The notes: generated from the letters alone by a model not told the origin. Numbered from the whole stretch's first letter, positions 16,757-28,255 are shown. The stretch: DNA of 60,885 bases, filler included, from Candidatus Babelota bacterium (GCA_017999075.1; 11 parts of 11 records of this genome joined end to end with filler, not necessarily neighbours in it); one strand, 5' to 3'. Program-made: numbers and translations.

Positions 16757-19237
16757 TCACTCTGCAAATTTTAAAATTACCGCTTCTCTTTTTGGAATAG
16801 AGACTTTTAAAAGTCCATTCTCTGCAAAATATTTTTTTTCATTCAGTAATTCAATTATCTGCCGGTTTTTGAATTCAGGATAGATTTTATTAATGTTAAT
16901 TACAGCGTTGTTGAGCTCATATCCGGCATTAAATATAACTAAAACTGCAGAGTCTTCATATATTCTTATAAATCCAAATAAATCATGTTTATCGTCTGTA
17001 ATAACAGTTTCATAAGTTCCGCACTGTAATTCAATATTTTCTTTTCTTATTTTTATTAATTTTTTGTAGTGATTTAACAAATCTTTATCGATACAATTTT
17101 TTTCAGGAATCCGTGATTTATTTTTATGGGGATGAATGGTTTCATTTTCGTAGTCAAATTCTTCCCATAACATTGGTTTTCTGCAGTCAGGATCATTAGC
17201 TCCTGTCATTCCTGTTTCATCCCCATAATAAATCATTGGCGCGCCAATATAAGTCATCTGAAAAACAACTATTAATTTATGTGTTGCTATATCATTTTCG
17301 TTTCCCCTGTCTATTCTATATTCCGGATTATTTTCGAGTTTTGATTTATTGAAATATCCGCTCCAATCACTATAATTCAAATCAGGATTTACTATAACGC
17401 TGCGTAACCTCGCGGTATCATGAGAAGACATAAGATTTTGCAGGATATAATTTATTTTTGAGGGATATAATTTTCTTAATTTTTCAAGTTTTTTATTAAA
17501 GTCAGAAGCAGTAATTTTAAATTTTTTATCCACAAAATATTGTATTACTGCAGTTGTGAAAGGATAATTCATAACTGCGTCGAATTCATCGCCGCGCAGA
17601 AATTCCGGAGCAGGATCAATTACTTCTGCAGTTATATAAGCTTCGGGATTAATTGATTTGACATGTTTTCTCCATTTTTTCCAAAAATTATGAGGAACAC
17701 AAAATGCCACATCAAGTCTCCATCCATCTATACCGTTTTCAATTTTGTTTTCAGGGGCCATCCATCGTTTAGTGATGTTAAAAACATAATTTTCGTAGCC
17801 AATGTAAAATCCGGATTCATTTCTATAAAATTCAGGGAGACTTTTATGCCCGAACCATCCGATATATTCAAAACCATCGGAAATAGCATCGTCCCAATTA
17901 TTTATTGAATACCAGTTTATATATTTTGATTTTTGTTTGTTTTTTAATATGTCTTGAAATCCAAAAAATAATCTGCCGGAATGATTGAACACCCCATCGA
18001 TTATAATTTTCATTCCGCGAATATGAGTTTCTTTAATTAATTTTAAAAATAAATTGTCTGCAGAAGTCCAAACCCAGGTTGACGGATCTTCAGTTTCGTT
18101 TGCTGATTCGATAAGTTTTTTATCTCCTTCAGGGTCAGGACCGAAATGTTCGTCAATATGATGAAACGATGAACCATCATATTTATGAAGAGACGGAGAC
18201 CTGAATATCGGATTCAAATAAATAGCATTGATTCCGAGCTCTTTTAAATAATCGAGTTTATCTATAATTCCTTGCAAATCTCCGCCGTATCTTCTTCTAA
18301 AAACAGATTTGAAAACGTCACCATATTTTTCGGTTTCCCATTTATCCATTGAATACCAGTCAGATGTCCATTTGCTTATTTTCCAATCAGGAATTTCTCC
18401 TTCATCAATGTCCTTCAAAGCAGGATCATTGTTTTTATTTGAATTATAAAATCTTTCAGGAAATATTTGATACCATACAGCTTTTTTAGCCCATTCAGGA
18501 ATATTTGATAAAACTCCTGTAAAAGCGCTGAATTTTTTATAAGAATCAAAAGGATATCTTGCTTCGGCATCGCCGTATTTGAGTTCAAACCAATAGTCAA
18601 AATAAGAATCATTAGAATTTAATTTTATTTCCGCAGTGTGAAAATCAAATCCGTTTTCAGAGAATTCAAATTGTAAAATTTCAGTTTTGAGCGTAACGCC
18701 GTCCATAAAACATATTTTAATATAATCGGAGTTTTCTTTAATAATCCGCAGCGTTATTTTAATTTTTCCTGGAGATAATATTTTAAAATATTTTTCTGAA
18801 TCGTTGTGGGCTATTGCGTTGACCAATATTTCGTTTTTTTTGGGAACACCGTAATCAGCTCCTGTTTCTTTTACATTTAATCCTGAATTATAATTATTGT
18901 ATCCCATACCATCATCCTTTCGTAATTTTGTATCAGCATTTAAATCTTCAATCCAAATAATATCATTTAGTACTAATTTATAATAATGCATTCCTTCTGG
19001 TATTTTTATGTATTTCTCAAAATACCCGGAATCAGTTTTTATCATAAGATCAGCATTTTGATTCCAATTATTGAATGTTCCTGCTACACTGACTTTTTTT
19101 ATATCGATTCCTTTTTCTATTCTTGAATCATTTTTCTGATTATAATAAAATCTGATTTTTTTTTCAAAAGACAAAACTTGATTTTTATTAAAAAATATCC
19201 CAACCAAAATAATCAATATAACAGCAGATTTTTTGAT
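16757..19237 (-). CDS. Secreted GH13 alpha-amylase/cyclomaltodextrinase-like enzyme with N-terminal CBM48
   Basis: VAGTFNNW CBM48; WYQIFPERF, GGDLQGI, DGVFNH, DGWRLDVA, SHDTAR catalytic motifs. The ORF track starts at TTG 19216, but the SD position favours ATC 19237 or ATT 19240. Confidence 0.9.
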   Translation of the reverse strand: MKKSAVILIILVGIFFNKNQVLSFEKKIRFYYNQKNDSRIEKGIDIKKVSVAGTFNNWNQNADLMIKTDSGYFEKYIKIPEGMHYYKLVLNDIIWIEDLNADTKLRKDDGMGYNNYNSGLNVKETGADYGVPKKNEILVNAIAHNDSEKYFKILSPGKIKITLRIIKENSDYIKICFMDGVTLKTEILQFEFSENGFDFHTAEIKLNSNDSYFDYWFELKYGDAEARYPFDSYKKFSAFTGVLSNIPEWAKKAVWYQIFPERFYNSNKNNDPALKDIDEGEIPDWKISKWTSDWYSMDKWETEKYGDVFKSVFRRRYGGDLQGIIDKLDYLKELGINAIYLNPIFRSPSLHKYDGSSFHHIDEHFGPDPEGDKKLIESANETEDPSTWVWTSADNLFLKLIKETHIRGMKIIIDGVFNHSGRLFFGFQDILKNKQKSKYINWYSINNWDDAISDGFEYIGWFGHKSLPEFYRNESGFYIGYENYVFNITKRWMAPENKIENGIDGWRLDVAFCVPHNFWKKWRKHVKSINPEAYITAEVIDPAPEFLRGDEFDAVMNYPFTTAVIQYFVDKKFKITASDFNKKLEKLRKLYPSKINYILQNLMSSHDTARLRSVIVNPDLNYSDWSGYFNKSKLENNPEYRIDRGNENDIATHKLIVVFQMTYIGAPMIYYGDETGMTGANDPDCRKPMLWEEFDYENETIHPHKNKSRIPEKNCIDKDLLNHYKKLIKIRKENIELQCGTYETVITDDKHDLFGFIRIYEDSAVLVIFNAGYELNNAVININKIYPEFKNRQIIELLNEKKYFAENGLLKVSIPKREAVILKFAE

Positions 19238-19490
19238 AATAACGCCTCCGTTATTTTTATTTAGAAAAAGTAAATATGAATAATTATTATTTGGTTTTAT
19301 AAATTTGTCAATAATGAATTTTTATCCTGTAAATTATGGAATTTTTTCAAAAATACAGGTATTATATTTTTTATAAAATTAACTTATTGCTTATTGATAT
19401 AAAACTTTATGTAAAAAATGGTTTTTTGCAAATAAGAAAGACCTGCACAGAGGCGGATATCATATAAAGGATTATTTAAGTTTGTTATTA

Positions 19491-20639
19491 TTAAAGCCTG
19501 AATTCGATGAGGTTACATATTATTTTCCCGTTATATAACTTTAATTTTGAGTCCGGAATAATTCCAATTTTTGAAATTAAATTTTCTTCAGCCGGACAGA
19601 ATATATAAACAGCGCTGTTTTTGCAGAATTTTTTTATAGTATCACCTATTTTTCCATAGAAAAATTCTAAACTGTGAGCGCCCTGCATTCGTTCTCCATG
19701 CGGCGGGTTGAATATAATTATTGAATTTTCCATATCGAAAACAGGATTAAAAAAATCCTGTTTTGAAAGTTGAATTAAATTTGACAATCCTGCATTTTCA
19801 ATATTTTTTTTCGCTGAATCAATGAAAGATTGAGAATGATCAGAAGCGTAAAATCTAATATCAGTAGAAAAATTTTTTCCAGTTTCTTTTTTTTCTTTAA
19901 TTTCAGAAAAAATCTGATTGAGATTAAAATTGAATTTATTGAAAGATAATTTTGTATTGAATCTTTGAGCCGGTATTTTTAGAATTTGAAAAGCGGTTTC
20001 AATTATAATTGTACCGGATCCGCACATGGGATCAATAATTTTTTTATAAATACTATTTTTACTGTTATTCAGAATAATTCCGGCAATTCCTGCAGCAAGA
20101 GTTTCTTTCATAGGAGCTGCATTTGTTTGTGTTCTGTAACCGCGTTTAAAAAGAGGCATTCCGGCGAGATTTATTCCCACCACCATATTGGTTTTAAATA
20201 TACGTAATTCAATTATTATATCAGGAGAAATTTTATCGACGTTAGGACGGCAGTTGAATTTTTCGCGAAAATAATCAGCTATTGAATCTTTCAGTTTAAG
20301 AGCAGCAAATCCTGAATGTTTTAACGGTGATGCCATTATCGTAGAATGAATCATAAAACTTTTATCAACTGAAAAATATTTTTCCCATTCGATTTTAGTT
20401 TTTGCAGTTTGATAAAGTTCATCATAGTCTAAAACTTTTGTTCTACATATAATTAATGAAATATTATTACATACAGTTGAAGTATATAAAAATTCAACAG
20501 CTTGTTTGTGATCGGCTTTAAAATAAATTACAGCATCACGAATCAAACAATTTTTAATTCCGATATTGTTCAATTCGGAATTCATTAAATTTTCAAATCC
20601 TGGAGCTGTAGTTGCGAAATAATCATTATAGTTAATCAT
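19491..20639 (-). CDS. THUMP-domain RNA methyltransferase (RlmL/YpsC-like)
   Basis: LFKRGYR...APMKETLAAG, DPMCGSGTI.IE, NPPHGER. Confidence 0.88.
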   Translation of the reverse strand: MINYNDYFATTAPGFENLMNSELNNIGIKNCLIRDAVIYFKADHKQAVEFLYTSTVCNNISLIICRTKVLDYDELYQTAKTKIEWEKYFSVDKSFMIHSTIMASPLKHSGFAALKLKDSIADYFREKFNCRPNVDKISPDIIIELRIFKTNMVVGINLAGMPLFKRGYRTQTNAAPMKETLAAGIAGIILNNSKNSIYKKIIDPMCGSGTIIIETAFQILKIPAQRFNTKLSFNKFNFNLNQIFSEIKEKKETGKNFSTDIRFYASDHSQSFIDSAKKNIENAGLSNLIQLSKQDFFNPVFDMENSIIIFNPPHGERMQGAHSLEFFYGKIGDTIKKFCKNSAVYIFCPAEENLISKIGIIPDSKLKLYNGKIICNLIEFRL

Positions 20640-20801
20640 ATTGACAATATATTATTATCAGGTTTTTTATAAAGTCAATTAAAAATATTAGATTTTATTT
20701 TTTATTATTTCATTATATAATACAAAAAGTTGTGACTGATTTTTAAAAATTTCTTTCACAGCATAAAAAATTTAAATTGAAAATTTATTGATTTAAAAAT
20801 T

Positions 20802-21563
20802 ATGTTGGCAAAAAGAATTATTCCATGTCTTGACGTTAATGAAGGAAGAGTAGTTAAAGGAACGAATTTTATTAATTTAAAAGATGCCGGAGATCCTGTT
20901 GAATGCGCTAAATTATATGATGATGATAGCGCGGATGAATTAGTATTTTTGGATATTACGGCTTCTTTTGAAAAAAGGGATATCATAATAGATGTAGTAA
21001 AAAAAGTGGCGGCGTCTATCTTCATACCTTTTACAGTAGGCGGCGGAATCAAAAAAATAGGAGATATAGAGAGATTATTAAAAGCAGGAGCAGATAAAAT
21101 TTCAATTAATACCCAGGCTGTAATGAATCCTATTTTGATAAACAGCGGCGCCGAGCAATTTGGTTCCCAATGTATAGTGGTTGCAATAGACTGCCGGAAA
21201 AAAAATGATAATACCGGATGGGAGGTTTTTATTCATGGAGGCAGAACAGCGACTGGAATTGACGCTGTTCAATGGGCAAAAGAAGTTTATAATCGCGGCG
21301 CCGGAGAAATACTTCTGACAAGTATGGATAAAGACGGAACTAAGGATGGTTACGATATTGAAATAACTGCTAAAATTGCGGATTCTGTTAAAATTCCAGT
21401 GATAGCTTCAGGCGGCGCTGGAGATAAAAAACATTTACTTGACGGATTGACTTTAGGAAAAGCAAGCGCTGTTCTTGCAGCATCTATATTTCATTATAAG
21501 AAATATTCTATAAGAGAAGTCAAACAATATCTTGCCGATAATGGCGTACCTATAAGATTATGA
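20802..21563 (+). CDS. hisF: Imidazole glycerol phosphate synthase cyclase subunit
   Basis: [49 protein letters not shown]. Confidence 0.98.
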   Translation: MLAKRIIPCLDVNEGRVVKGTNFINLKDAGDPVECAKLYDDDSADELVFLDITASFEKRDIIIDVVKKVAASIFIPFTVGGGIKKIGDIERLLKAGADKISINTQAVMNPILINSGAEQFGSQCIVVAIDCRKKNDNTGWEVFIHGGRTATGIDAVQWAKEVYNRGAGEILLTSMDKDGTKDGYDIEITAKIADSVKIPVIASGGAGDKKHLLDGLTLGKASAVLAASIFHYKKYSIREVKQYLADNGVPIRL

Positions 21564-22162
21564 ATAAATTTATTACTCAAAAAAGCTTTGACATTTTTTA
21601 TTTAAGATTCGTTCTGAAGTTTTTAATTGGGGAATTGGGATACAGGGATATATTAAGTTTTTTTGATTTTCCTGAAAACGATTTTTTTTCAATTGCTGAT
21701 TATGGATCAGGTTCCGGTTATTATTCATTAAAATTTGTAAAAATAAATAATTGCAGAGTTTTATATGCTCTGGACATTGATGATGCCAAACTTGACATTT
21801 TGTTAAAAAAATCTGCTAAAAAAAAAATCTCTCATAAAATTGAAATTATAGATGCTGATTTGAGTATTGAGACGCGATTGAAACAAGAATCTGTTAATTT
21901 CGGAATCTGCAGTTTTTTGCTTAATGAATTTGATTATGAAAATAAAAAAAAATTTTTATCATTATGCAGTAAATCTTTAGTTTCCGGAGCCAAACTTTAT
22001 ATTTCCGATTATATTGACTGTCCGATTGTAAAAAAATTAGGAATAAAAAATCCATTGACAAAAGAAAAATTTATAGAATTGTTTTCAAATTTTTCTGAAT
22101 TTGAAATTTATAATACGGTAACCAATAAATATTCTCAGTCGTATTTCATCAAAAAAAAATGA
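21560..22162 (+). CDS. Class I SAM-dependent methyltransferase
   Basis: ADYGSGSG motif I, ALDID; ATGA overlaps with both neighbours. Confidence 0.75.
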   Translation: MNKFITQKSFDIFYLRFVLKFLIGELGYRDILSFFDFPENDFFSIADYGSGSGYYSLKFVKINNCRVLYALDIDDAKLDILLKKSAKKKISHKIEIIDADLSIETRLKQESVNFGICSFLLNEFDYENKKKFLSLCSKSLVSGAKLYISDYIDCPIVKKLGIKNPLTKEKFIELFSNFSEFEIYNTVTNKYSQSYFIKKK

Positions 22163-23412
22163 TGAAAACCATAAATTGTTTTTATAAATATGTCGAATCT
22201 ATAAGAAAATACAGAATTCAGCCTGGTCTTGACCGCATAAAAAAAGTATTAAATTTGCTGGGAAATCCGCAATTAAAATATAAAACTATTCATATTGCAG
22301 GAACTAACGGCAAAGGGTCTACAGCAATATTTACATCTAAAATATTTGAATCAGCAGGTTGTAAAACCGGATTGTATATTTCTCCTGAAATAGTAAAATA
22401 TAATGACCGGATATCGATTAATGGTAAAAATATTTCAAACATCGACCTTGTAAAATATGGAAACAAAACTGTTTCAACGATTATAAAATCAGGCAGTTAT
22501 TTGACAGAATTTGAATTTTGTACAGTTATAATGTTTCAATATTTTGCGGATGAAAAAGTTGAATTTGCTATTTTAGAAACAGGGCTTGGCGGCCGCCTTG
22601 ATGCTACAAATGTTACTAATCCGGTGGTATCGATAGTAACTTCTTTATCTTTTGACCACAAGATTTTTTTAGGAGAAACATTAACATCTATAGCCCGTGA
22701 AAAACTTGATATTTTTCGAAATGCCAGATACAAAATCATAGGAAATATTTCAAAGTATAAATCCATCATTGCAACAAAAATTTTAAAAAATTATAAAATA
22801 CCTGATAATAACGTATATTTTTACGGAAAAGATTTCGGAATAAACAAAAATAAGGAATACGAGTTTTTTTTCAATAAAAAAATCAGAATTCCGGTTAATG
22901 AAATATCCAATTATCCTGAATATCAGAAATATAATTTCGCATGCGCGCTTCAAGCGGCATATTTTGTATTTGTGCAAAATATTGAAAATATGAATTTGTA
23001 TAAAATTTTGAAAAATATTGTTTTACCATTCAGAATGCAGAAATTAAAAGGGTTTTCAAATATAACTGTTGATGCGTCCCATAATGTTGAGGCTATAAAT
23101 CAATTTGTCAAAACAATAAACTTACAATCCGCAGATAAATCAAAAATGATTGTAATTTATTCATGTTTTAAAGATAAGGATTACAAAAATATTATAAAAA
23201 TATTATGTAAAAACTTCGATAATATTTTTATTTATAACCTGAGTCATGAACGAGGAGCTGAGTTATCAGCGTTTAAGTCAGAGAGAAATATAAAATTTTT
23301 CAAATCATATATTGAGATAATAGAATATATTAAAAAATATAAGGAATTTCAATATTATATTACAGGTTCTTATCAGACTGCCAGAGATTTTTTTTTAAAT
23401 TTAAAAAAATAG
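22159..23412 (+). CDS. folC: Folylpolyglutamate synthase/dihydrofolate synthase
   Basis: IHIAGTNGKGST, ETGLGGRLDATNV, DASHN, ITGS. Confidence 0.95.
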   Translation: MMKTINCFYKYVESIRKYRIQPGLDRIKKVLNLLGNPQLKYKTIHIAGTNGKGSTAIFTSKIFESAGCKTGLYISPEIVKYNDRISINGKNISNIDLVKYGNKTVSTIIKSGSYLTEFEFCTVIMFQYFADEKVEFAILETGLGGRLDATNVTNPVVSIVTSLSFDHKIFLGETLTSIAREKLDIFRNARYKIIGNISKYKSIIATKILKNYKIPDNNVYFYGKDFGINKNKEYEFFFNKKIRIPVNEISNYPEYQKYNFACALQAAYFVFVQNIENMNLYKILKNIVLPFRMQKLKGFSNITVDASHNVEAINQFVKTINLQSADKSKMIVIYSCFKDKDYKNIIKILCKNFDNIFIYNLSHERGAELSAFKSERNIKFFKSYIEIIEYIKKYKEFQYYITGSYQTARDFFLNLKK

Positions 23413-23544
23413 GTGTTTGACAATTTTTTACATCATAATATAATAATTATTTTATATTGTAATTATAATAAAAACCAGACCATTTTTTTTATGTTATATT
23501 TTAGTTTAACAGAGTTATATTATAGAAATTAGGAAATAAATGTT

Positions 23545-24789
23545 ATGGTAAATATAAATATAGTATCGTCATATTCTAATGCATCATCTGTAAAAAACTA
23601 TTCGTCTGGTTCTGTTTCATCAAAGAATATTCCTGTTGAAACTTATAATTTAGATTCAGATACTTTTATTAAAAGTTTTAATGTATCTTCGATATATGAC
23701 AGTTCGACTAACGAAATTGACTGGGAAAAAGTTCAGGAAGAATTATGTATTGATTATGCTGAAAATGAAGGGATTTTGAGTTCTTCCGGAGATACTAAAT
23801 TGTATAATCTGAAAACAGGTGATGCTTTTGATGAAGTAATTTTAAGATATTCTCTTATAAAATCCAAAATTTCTGAAGATAAATCCAAAGATCATTCTTT
23901 AAAAGATTATATTGCTAAACTAGATGAATTGTTTAATGATGAAATTGACCGTATAGCAAATTTGATTGGAATACAAATAACTGATTTTTATTCCGGAAAT
24001 TTTACTGGTCAGATAGAATATCCTATGAAAAAAAAATCTTCAGTATTCAAGACTTCTGACTTTGTTGAATCAACTTCAGCAATGATAAACAAACGTATTG
24101 AAGAATTCCAAAAGTTTATAAATGAAAATAATTATGAATGGAAAGAATATTCTAAATATGCTTTTGGAGACACATCGTATATAACTTATGATTTTCTTGA
24201 TCATTTGAAAAATACGGATACAGTGGAAGAAGGAATAAAAAGTTCAACTAATCTTAATTTTTCAGAATTGAATTCTATTACAAAAATAATATTATCATTG
24301 AATAATAATTTTGATACTTCAGCAGTTTATTCTAAAGATATTCCATCTTCCGCCGGCGAATTAGTTGCAGGAATGAACATCGGACTATCTATGCTTAAAG
24401 TTAATTTAGCCAGCCAGCAGCTTGAAATTTCTACAGAAAGTTCAAAATTGCTTTCAAACGGCGTATTGAAAAATATATCTAATCTTATTTCTGAATTAAC
24501 TCTTGACGAAGAATTAAAGTTTAGCGAAGATAATATTTATTTATACGGCGGATATATATCAGATCTTTCTTCTTATCAAACTGAATCTAATTTTCAAAAT
24601 AAATTTAACAAAGCTGTTTCTGGAATTAAAAAGTATTTTGAAAAAAATGAATCTGAATATGATTCAAAAAAAATTATTAATTCTGCATATTCTGATTGGA
24701 ATAAATTTTTGAAATTTATTGATTTGGATAATCAAAATTCATTTTATATCAATGCCCCATCTCAATCAACAGTTGATATAACAACCTGA
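23545..24789 (+). CDS. Hypothetical acidic, Ser-rich protein
   Basis: 414-codon ORF with AGGA SD; no recognised family. Confidence 0.7.
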   Translation: MVNINIVSSYSNASSVKNYSSGSVSSKNIPVETYNLDSDTFIKSFNVSSIYDSSTNEIDWEKVQEELCIDYAENEGILSSSGDTKLYNLKTGDAFDEVILRYSLIKSKISEDKSKDHSLKDYIAKLDELFNDEIDRIANLIGIQITDFYSGNFTGQIEYPMKKKSSVFKTSDFVESTSAMINKRIEEFQKFINENNYEWKEYSKYAFGDTSYITYDFLDHLKNTDTVEEGIKSSTNLNFSELNSITKIILSLNNNFDTSAVYSKDIPSSAGELVAGMNIGLSMLKVNLASQQLEISTESSKLLSNGVLKNISNLISELTLDEELKFSEDNIYLYGGYISDLSSYQTESNFQNKFNKAVSGIKKYFEKNESEYDSKKIINSAYSDWNKFLKFIDLDNQNSFYINAPSQSTVDITT

Positions 24790-24792
24790 TTC

Positions 24793-25791
24793 ATGTTTAT
24801 GGAAATTTCAGTTATAGTAGTTTGTTATAATGAAGAAAAAAATATTGAATCCTGCATAAAATCGATTTTAAAAAATAAATTTATTTCAGGAAAATTTGAA
24901 ATAATTGTTGTTGATGGTGATTCGACTGACAATACGATTAATATACTAACATCGCTTCAACAAAAAAATTCCAACATTAAAATAGTAAGTGTAAAAAAGC
25001 GAAATATAAGTTTGGCCAGACAAACTGGAGTGGAACATGCTTCTTTTGATTATGTTGCGTTTACTGATGCTGATTGCGAAGTTCCGGAAAATTGGCTTGA
25101 AATATTAAGTTCCGGGTTTTTGAAATATTCCCCAAATAATAAACTGGCAGGATCTGGGGGCGCCAATATTCCGCCTTCGTTTGATATTAAAAACCCGATG
25201 TTTTATAAGGCTCTTGGAATAATGCTGAATTCATTTGTGGGAAGCCGCGGCAGTGTTCAGGGAATGGTGTTAAAAACTGATACAATAGTAAATCATATTC
25301 CGTGCGTTAATGTTTTTTATAAAAAATCATGTATTTTAGAAGCAGGGGGATTTGATTTTAAGATGGGGAATATCGGCGAGGACCAGGATTTGACTTTCCG
25401 TTTGAATAAAACCGGCTACCAATTTATTTATTTGAAAGATTCATTTGTATGGCATAAACTACGTAACAATTATAAAAACTGGGCAAAAAATATGTTTACA
25501 TACGGAAAAGGTAGAATGTGGCTTATAAAAAAACATCCGGATATGCTGAATATTTTTTTTATAGCTCCGGTATTTTTAATTTTATCTTTTTTATATATTC
25601 CTGATTTGAAATTTTATTATTATTTACCGTTATATTATTTTGTTTTTATAATATTATATTCCATATTTATTACAGGATTTTTTAGAATTAAAATTGTTAT
25701 GAATGTTATAATGCTGTTTTTGATAACTCATTTATGTTATGGATTAGGTGAGATATACGGATTATTAACAAATAGAAAAGCGGATTTGTAA
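24793..25791 (+). CDS. Glycosyltransferase family 2 with C-terminal TM helices
   Basis: SVIVVCYNEE, VVDGDSTD, FTDAD, GEDQDL. Confidence 0.9.
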   Translation: MFMEISVIVVCYNEEKNIESCIKSILKNKFISGKFEIIVVDGDSTDNTINILTSLQQKNSNIKIVSVKKRNISLARQTGVEHASFDYVAFTDADCEVPENWLEILSSGFLKYSPNNKLAGSGGANIPPSFDIKNPMFYKALGIMLNSFVGSRGSVQGMVLKTDTIVNHIPCVNVFYKKSCILEAGGFDFKMGNIGEDQDLTFRLNKTGYQFIYLKDSFVWHKLRNNYKNWAKNMFTYGKGRMWLIKKHPDMLNIFFIAPVFLILSFLYIPDLKFYYYLPLYYFVFIILYSIFITGFFRIKIVMNVIMLFLITHLCYGLGEIYGLLTNRKADL

Positions 25792-25897
25792 GTTATTGAA
25801 AAAATATGAATTTTCAGAAAATATTTGACAAAAAAATAAAATATTATTAAATGGGTTTTTTAAATTAATAATCAAAATATGGAGAGCTGAATTTTTA

Positions 25898-26959
25898 ATG
25901 AGCAGTATAGAACAAAAATTATCTGATATGCTTGAAGAAGCAAAAATATCTATTAGCGAAACTATGAGTTCTGCAGACATTGAATCTCTGCGTGTGAAAT
26001 ATCTTGGCAAGAAAAGTGATTTATCTAATATATTGAAAAGTGTAGGAAACATTTCTCCAGAAGAAAGAAAATCACTTGGTATGCTTTCCAACAATATAAA
26101 AACTCAGATTTCTGATTTAATGGATGTTCAGAAGAATAAAATTCGAGTGGTGGAATTAAATAAGAAATTTGAAAAAGAAACCGTAGATGTTACAATTCCT
26201 GGATATAATTCTGTAAAAGGGAAATTTCATCCATTGCGGTCTACTTTAATGGAAATTCAAAATATATTTTTAGGACTTGGATTTACAGTTGCCGAAGGCC
26301 CTGAAATTGAAAGTGATTATTATAATTTTGAAGCGCTTAATTTACCTCCACATCATCCAGCGCGTGATATGCACGATACTTTTTATATTCAAAATCCATT
26401 ACGGAATTCGGATAAAAATTATGAAAATAATAATATGCTATTGCGCACGCACACATCTCCTGTTCAAGTGAGGGTAATGGAGAAAATCAAACCTCCTGTA
26501 AAAATTATAGCTCCTGGAAAAGTGTACCGTCGTGATTCTGATGTTTCTCATATACCTATGTTTCATCAAGTTGAAGGTTTATGGGTTGATAAGAATATTA
26601 CTTTTTCAAACTTAAAATATATATTGACTGTTTTTTTACAGAAACTTTTCACTTCGCAAGTAAAATTGAGATTCAGGCCAAGTTTTTTTCCATTTACAGA
26701 ACCGTCGACAGAAGTAGATATGACGTGCGTTATATGCGGTGCAAAAGGATGCAGGGTATGCAAAGGAACAGGATGGCTTGAAGTCCTTGGAGCTGGTATG
26801 GTAGATCCGGAGGTGTTCAAATTTGTAAATTATGATTCAAATGAATATTCTGGATTTGCATTTGGTTTGGGAGTTGATAGGATGGCGATGTTAAAGTATA
26901 ATATTAATGATATAAGATTATTCCTTGAAAATGATGTGAGATTTTTAAAACAGTTTTAA
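25898..26959 (+). CDS. pheS: Phenylalanine-tRNA ligase alpha subunit
   Basis: HPARDMHDTFY, LLRTHTSPVQ, RFRPSFFPFTEPS, GFAFGLGVDRMAMLKY. Confidence 0.98.
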   Translation: MSSIEQKLSDMLEEAKISISETMSSADIESLRVKYLGKKSDLSNILKSVGNISPEERKSLGMLSNNIKTQISDLMDVQKNKIRVVELNKKFEKETVDVTIPGYNSVKGKFHPLRSTLMEIQNIFLGLGFTVAEGPEIESDYYNFEALNLPPHHPARDMHDTFYIQNPLRNSDKNYENNNMLLRTHTSPVQVRVMEKIKPPVKIIAPGKVYRRDSDVSHIPMFHQVEGLWVDKNITFSNLKYILTVFLQKLFTSQVKLRFRPSFFPFTEPSTEVDMTCVICGAKGCRVCKGTGWLEVLGAGMVDPEVFKFVNYDSNEYSGFAFGLGVDRMAMLKYNINDIRLFLENDVRFLKQF

Positions 26960-27016
26960 TAAAATTCATTTATTAAGTTAAGTTTCCGGAAATTTTTTAT
27001 TAAATATTATTTTTTA

Positions 27017-27475
27017 ATGGAAGATTATCAGACAAAATATTTGTTTCCAGGCGAGTTATTTTTTGATATTAAACCGTACAAAATCACCACGATATTAGGA
27101 TCTTGCGTATCAGTAACCTTATTTAACAAAAAACGAAAAATCGGCGGGATTAACCATTTCTTACTTGCTGAATCAAATCTTTCTGATGATGTAAACGATA
27201 ACAAATACGGAAATTGTGCAATGAAAAATCTTATAGAAATTATGTTCCGCATAGATCATATTCCGTTAAATTATGAAGCTAAGATATTCGGCGGAGGCAA
27301 AGTTATTGATTCAATAATTGATTTTAAGATAGGAATAAATAATATTTTTGCAGCTAGAAAAATATTGAAAGAATACGGGATAACAGTGACATCAGAATGC
27401 GTAGATAACAATTACGGCATAAAAGTTATATTTTTTAATTTTAACAATAATGTTGTTATTTCTGCTATAAAATAA
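27017..27475 (+). CDS. cheD: Chemoreceptor glutamine deamidase
   Basis: TILGSCVSV, GGINHFLL, AKIFGGG, IG..N. Confidence 0.92.
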   Translation: MEDYQTKYLFPGELFFDIKPYKITTILGSCVSVTLFNKKRKIGGINHFLLAESNLSDDVNDNKYGNCAMKNLIEIMFRIDHIPLNYEAKIFGGGKVIDSIIDFKIGINNIFAARKILKEYGITVTSECVDNNYGIKVIFFNFNNNVVISAIK

Positions 27476-27493
27476 CAAAAGAGAGGATATTTT

Positions 27494-27928
27494 ATGGATC
27501 AATTTTTAAAAAAAATTTTGATAGTCGATGACGAAAAACATTTAAGAAATATTGTCAAATTAAGTTTAAACAAAAGCGGATTTGAATGTCTTGAAGCAGA
27601 TAACGGAAAAACAGGTCTTGAAATATTGAATAATCAAAGCGATGAGATATTTCTTGTAATAGTAGATATATTGATGCCTGTTATGAATGGTATGGATTTC
27701 TTAAAAATTGCAAAACCTAAATATAAAGATATAGAATTTATAATATTGACTGCTGCAAGTTCTCCATCAACTGTTATAGACGCATTAAAATACGGAGCAG
27801 CTACATATTGCAGTAAACCATTGAACCTTGACGAAATGAAATTCATCGCTGAAAAATCCAAGGAAATATATTGTATAAGACTTCAAAACCGGGAATTACT
27901 TGAAAAGATTAAAGAAAACCAGAATGTT
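27494..27928 (+). CDS. Response regulator receiver protein (3'-truncated)
   Basis: ILIVDDE, DILMPVMNG, IILT, KP. Confidence 0.88.
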
Positions 27929-28028
27929 NNNNNNNNNNNNNNNNNNNNNNNNNNNNNNNNNNNNNNNNNNNNTTAATTAATTAANNNNNNNNNNNNNNNN
28001 NNNNNNNNNNNNNNNNNNNNNNNNNNNN
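27929..28028. other. Artificial contig linker
   Basis: N44-TTAATTAATTAA-N44. Confidence 0.99.
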
Positions 28029-28044
28029 TGTATTTCTACTTGTT

Positions 28045-28164
28045 GATTTAAACAATCCAAAAAATGTTATTCATGTTGATAATAATGAAAAATTAAGGCG
28101 ATCAAATTTTTTATGGCCCAAAATATGAAAAAATTCATTGGAAAGTATTAATATGGGTGATAAG
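28045..28164 (+). repeat. ~120-bp diverged direct repeat, copy A
   Basis: Shares AATGTTATTCATGTTGATA, AATGAAAAATTAAGGCGAT, AATTCATTGG, AGTATTA.TATGGGTGA with 29587-29704. Confidence 0.85.
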
Positions 28165-28255
28165 TATAAGCCCAATCCGATAGCGGAAATCATTTTAATA
28201 AAAAAGATAAAGGCACAAAAATAAAAATATTTGAAATATTCGGAAAAAATATATT

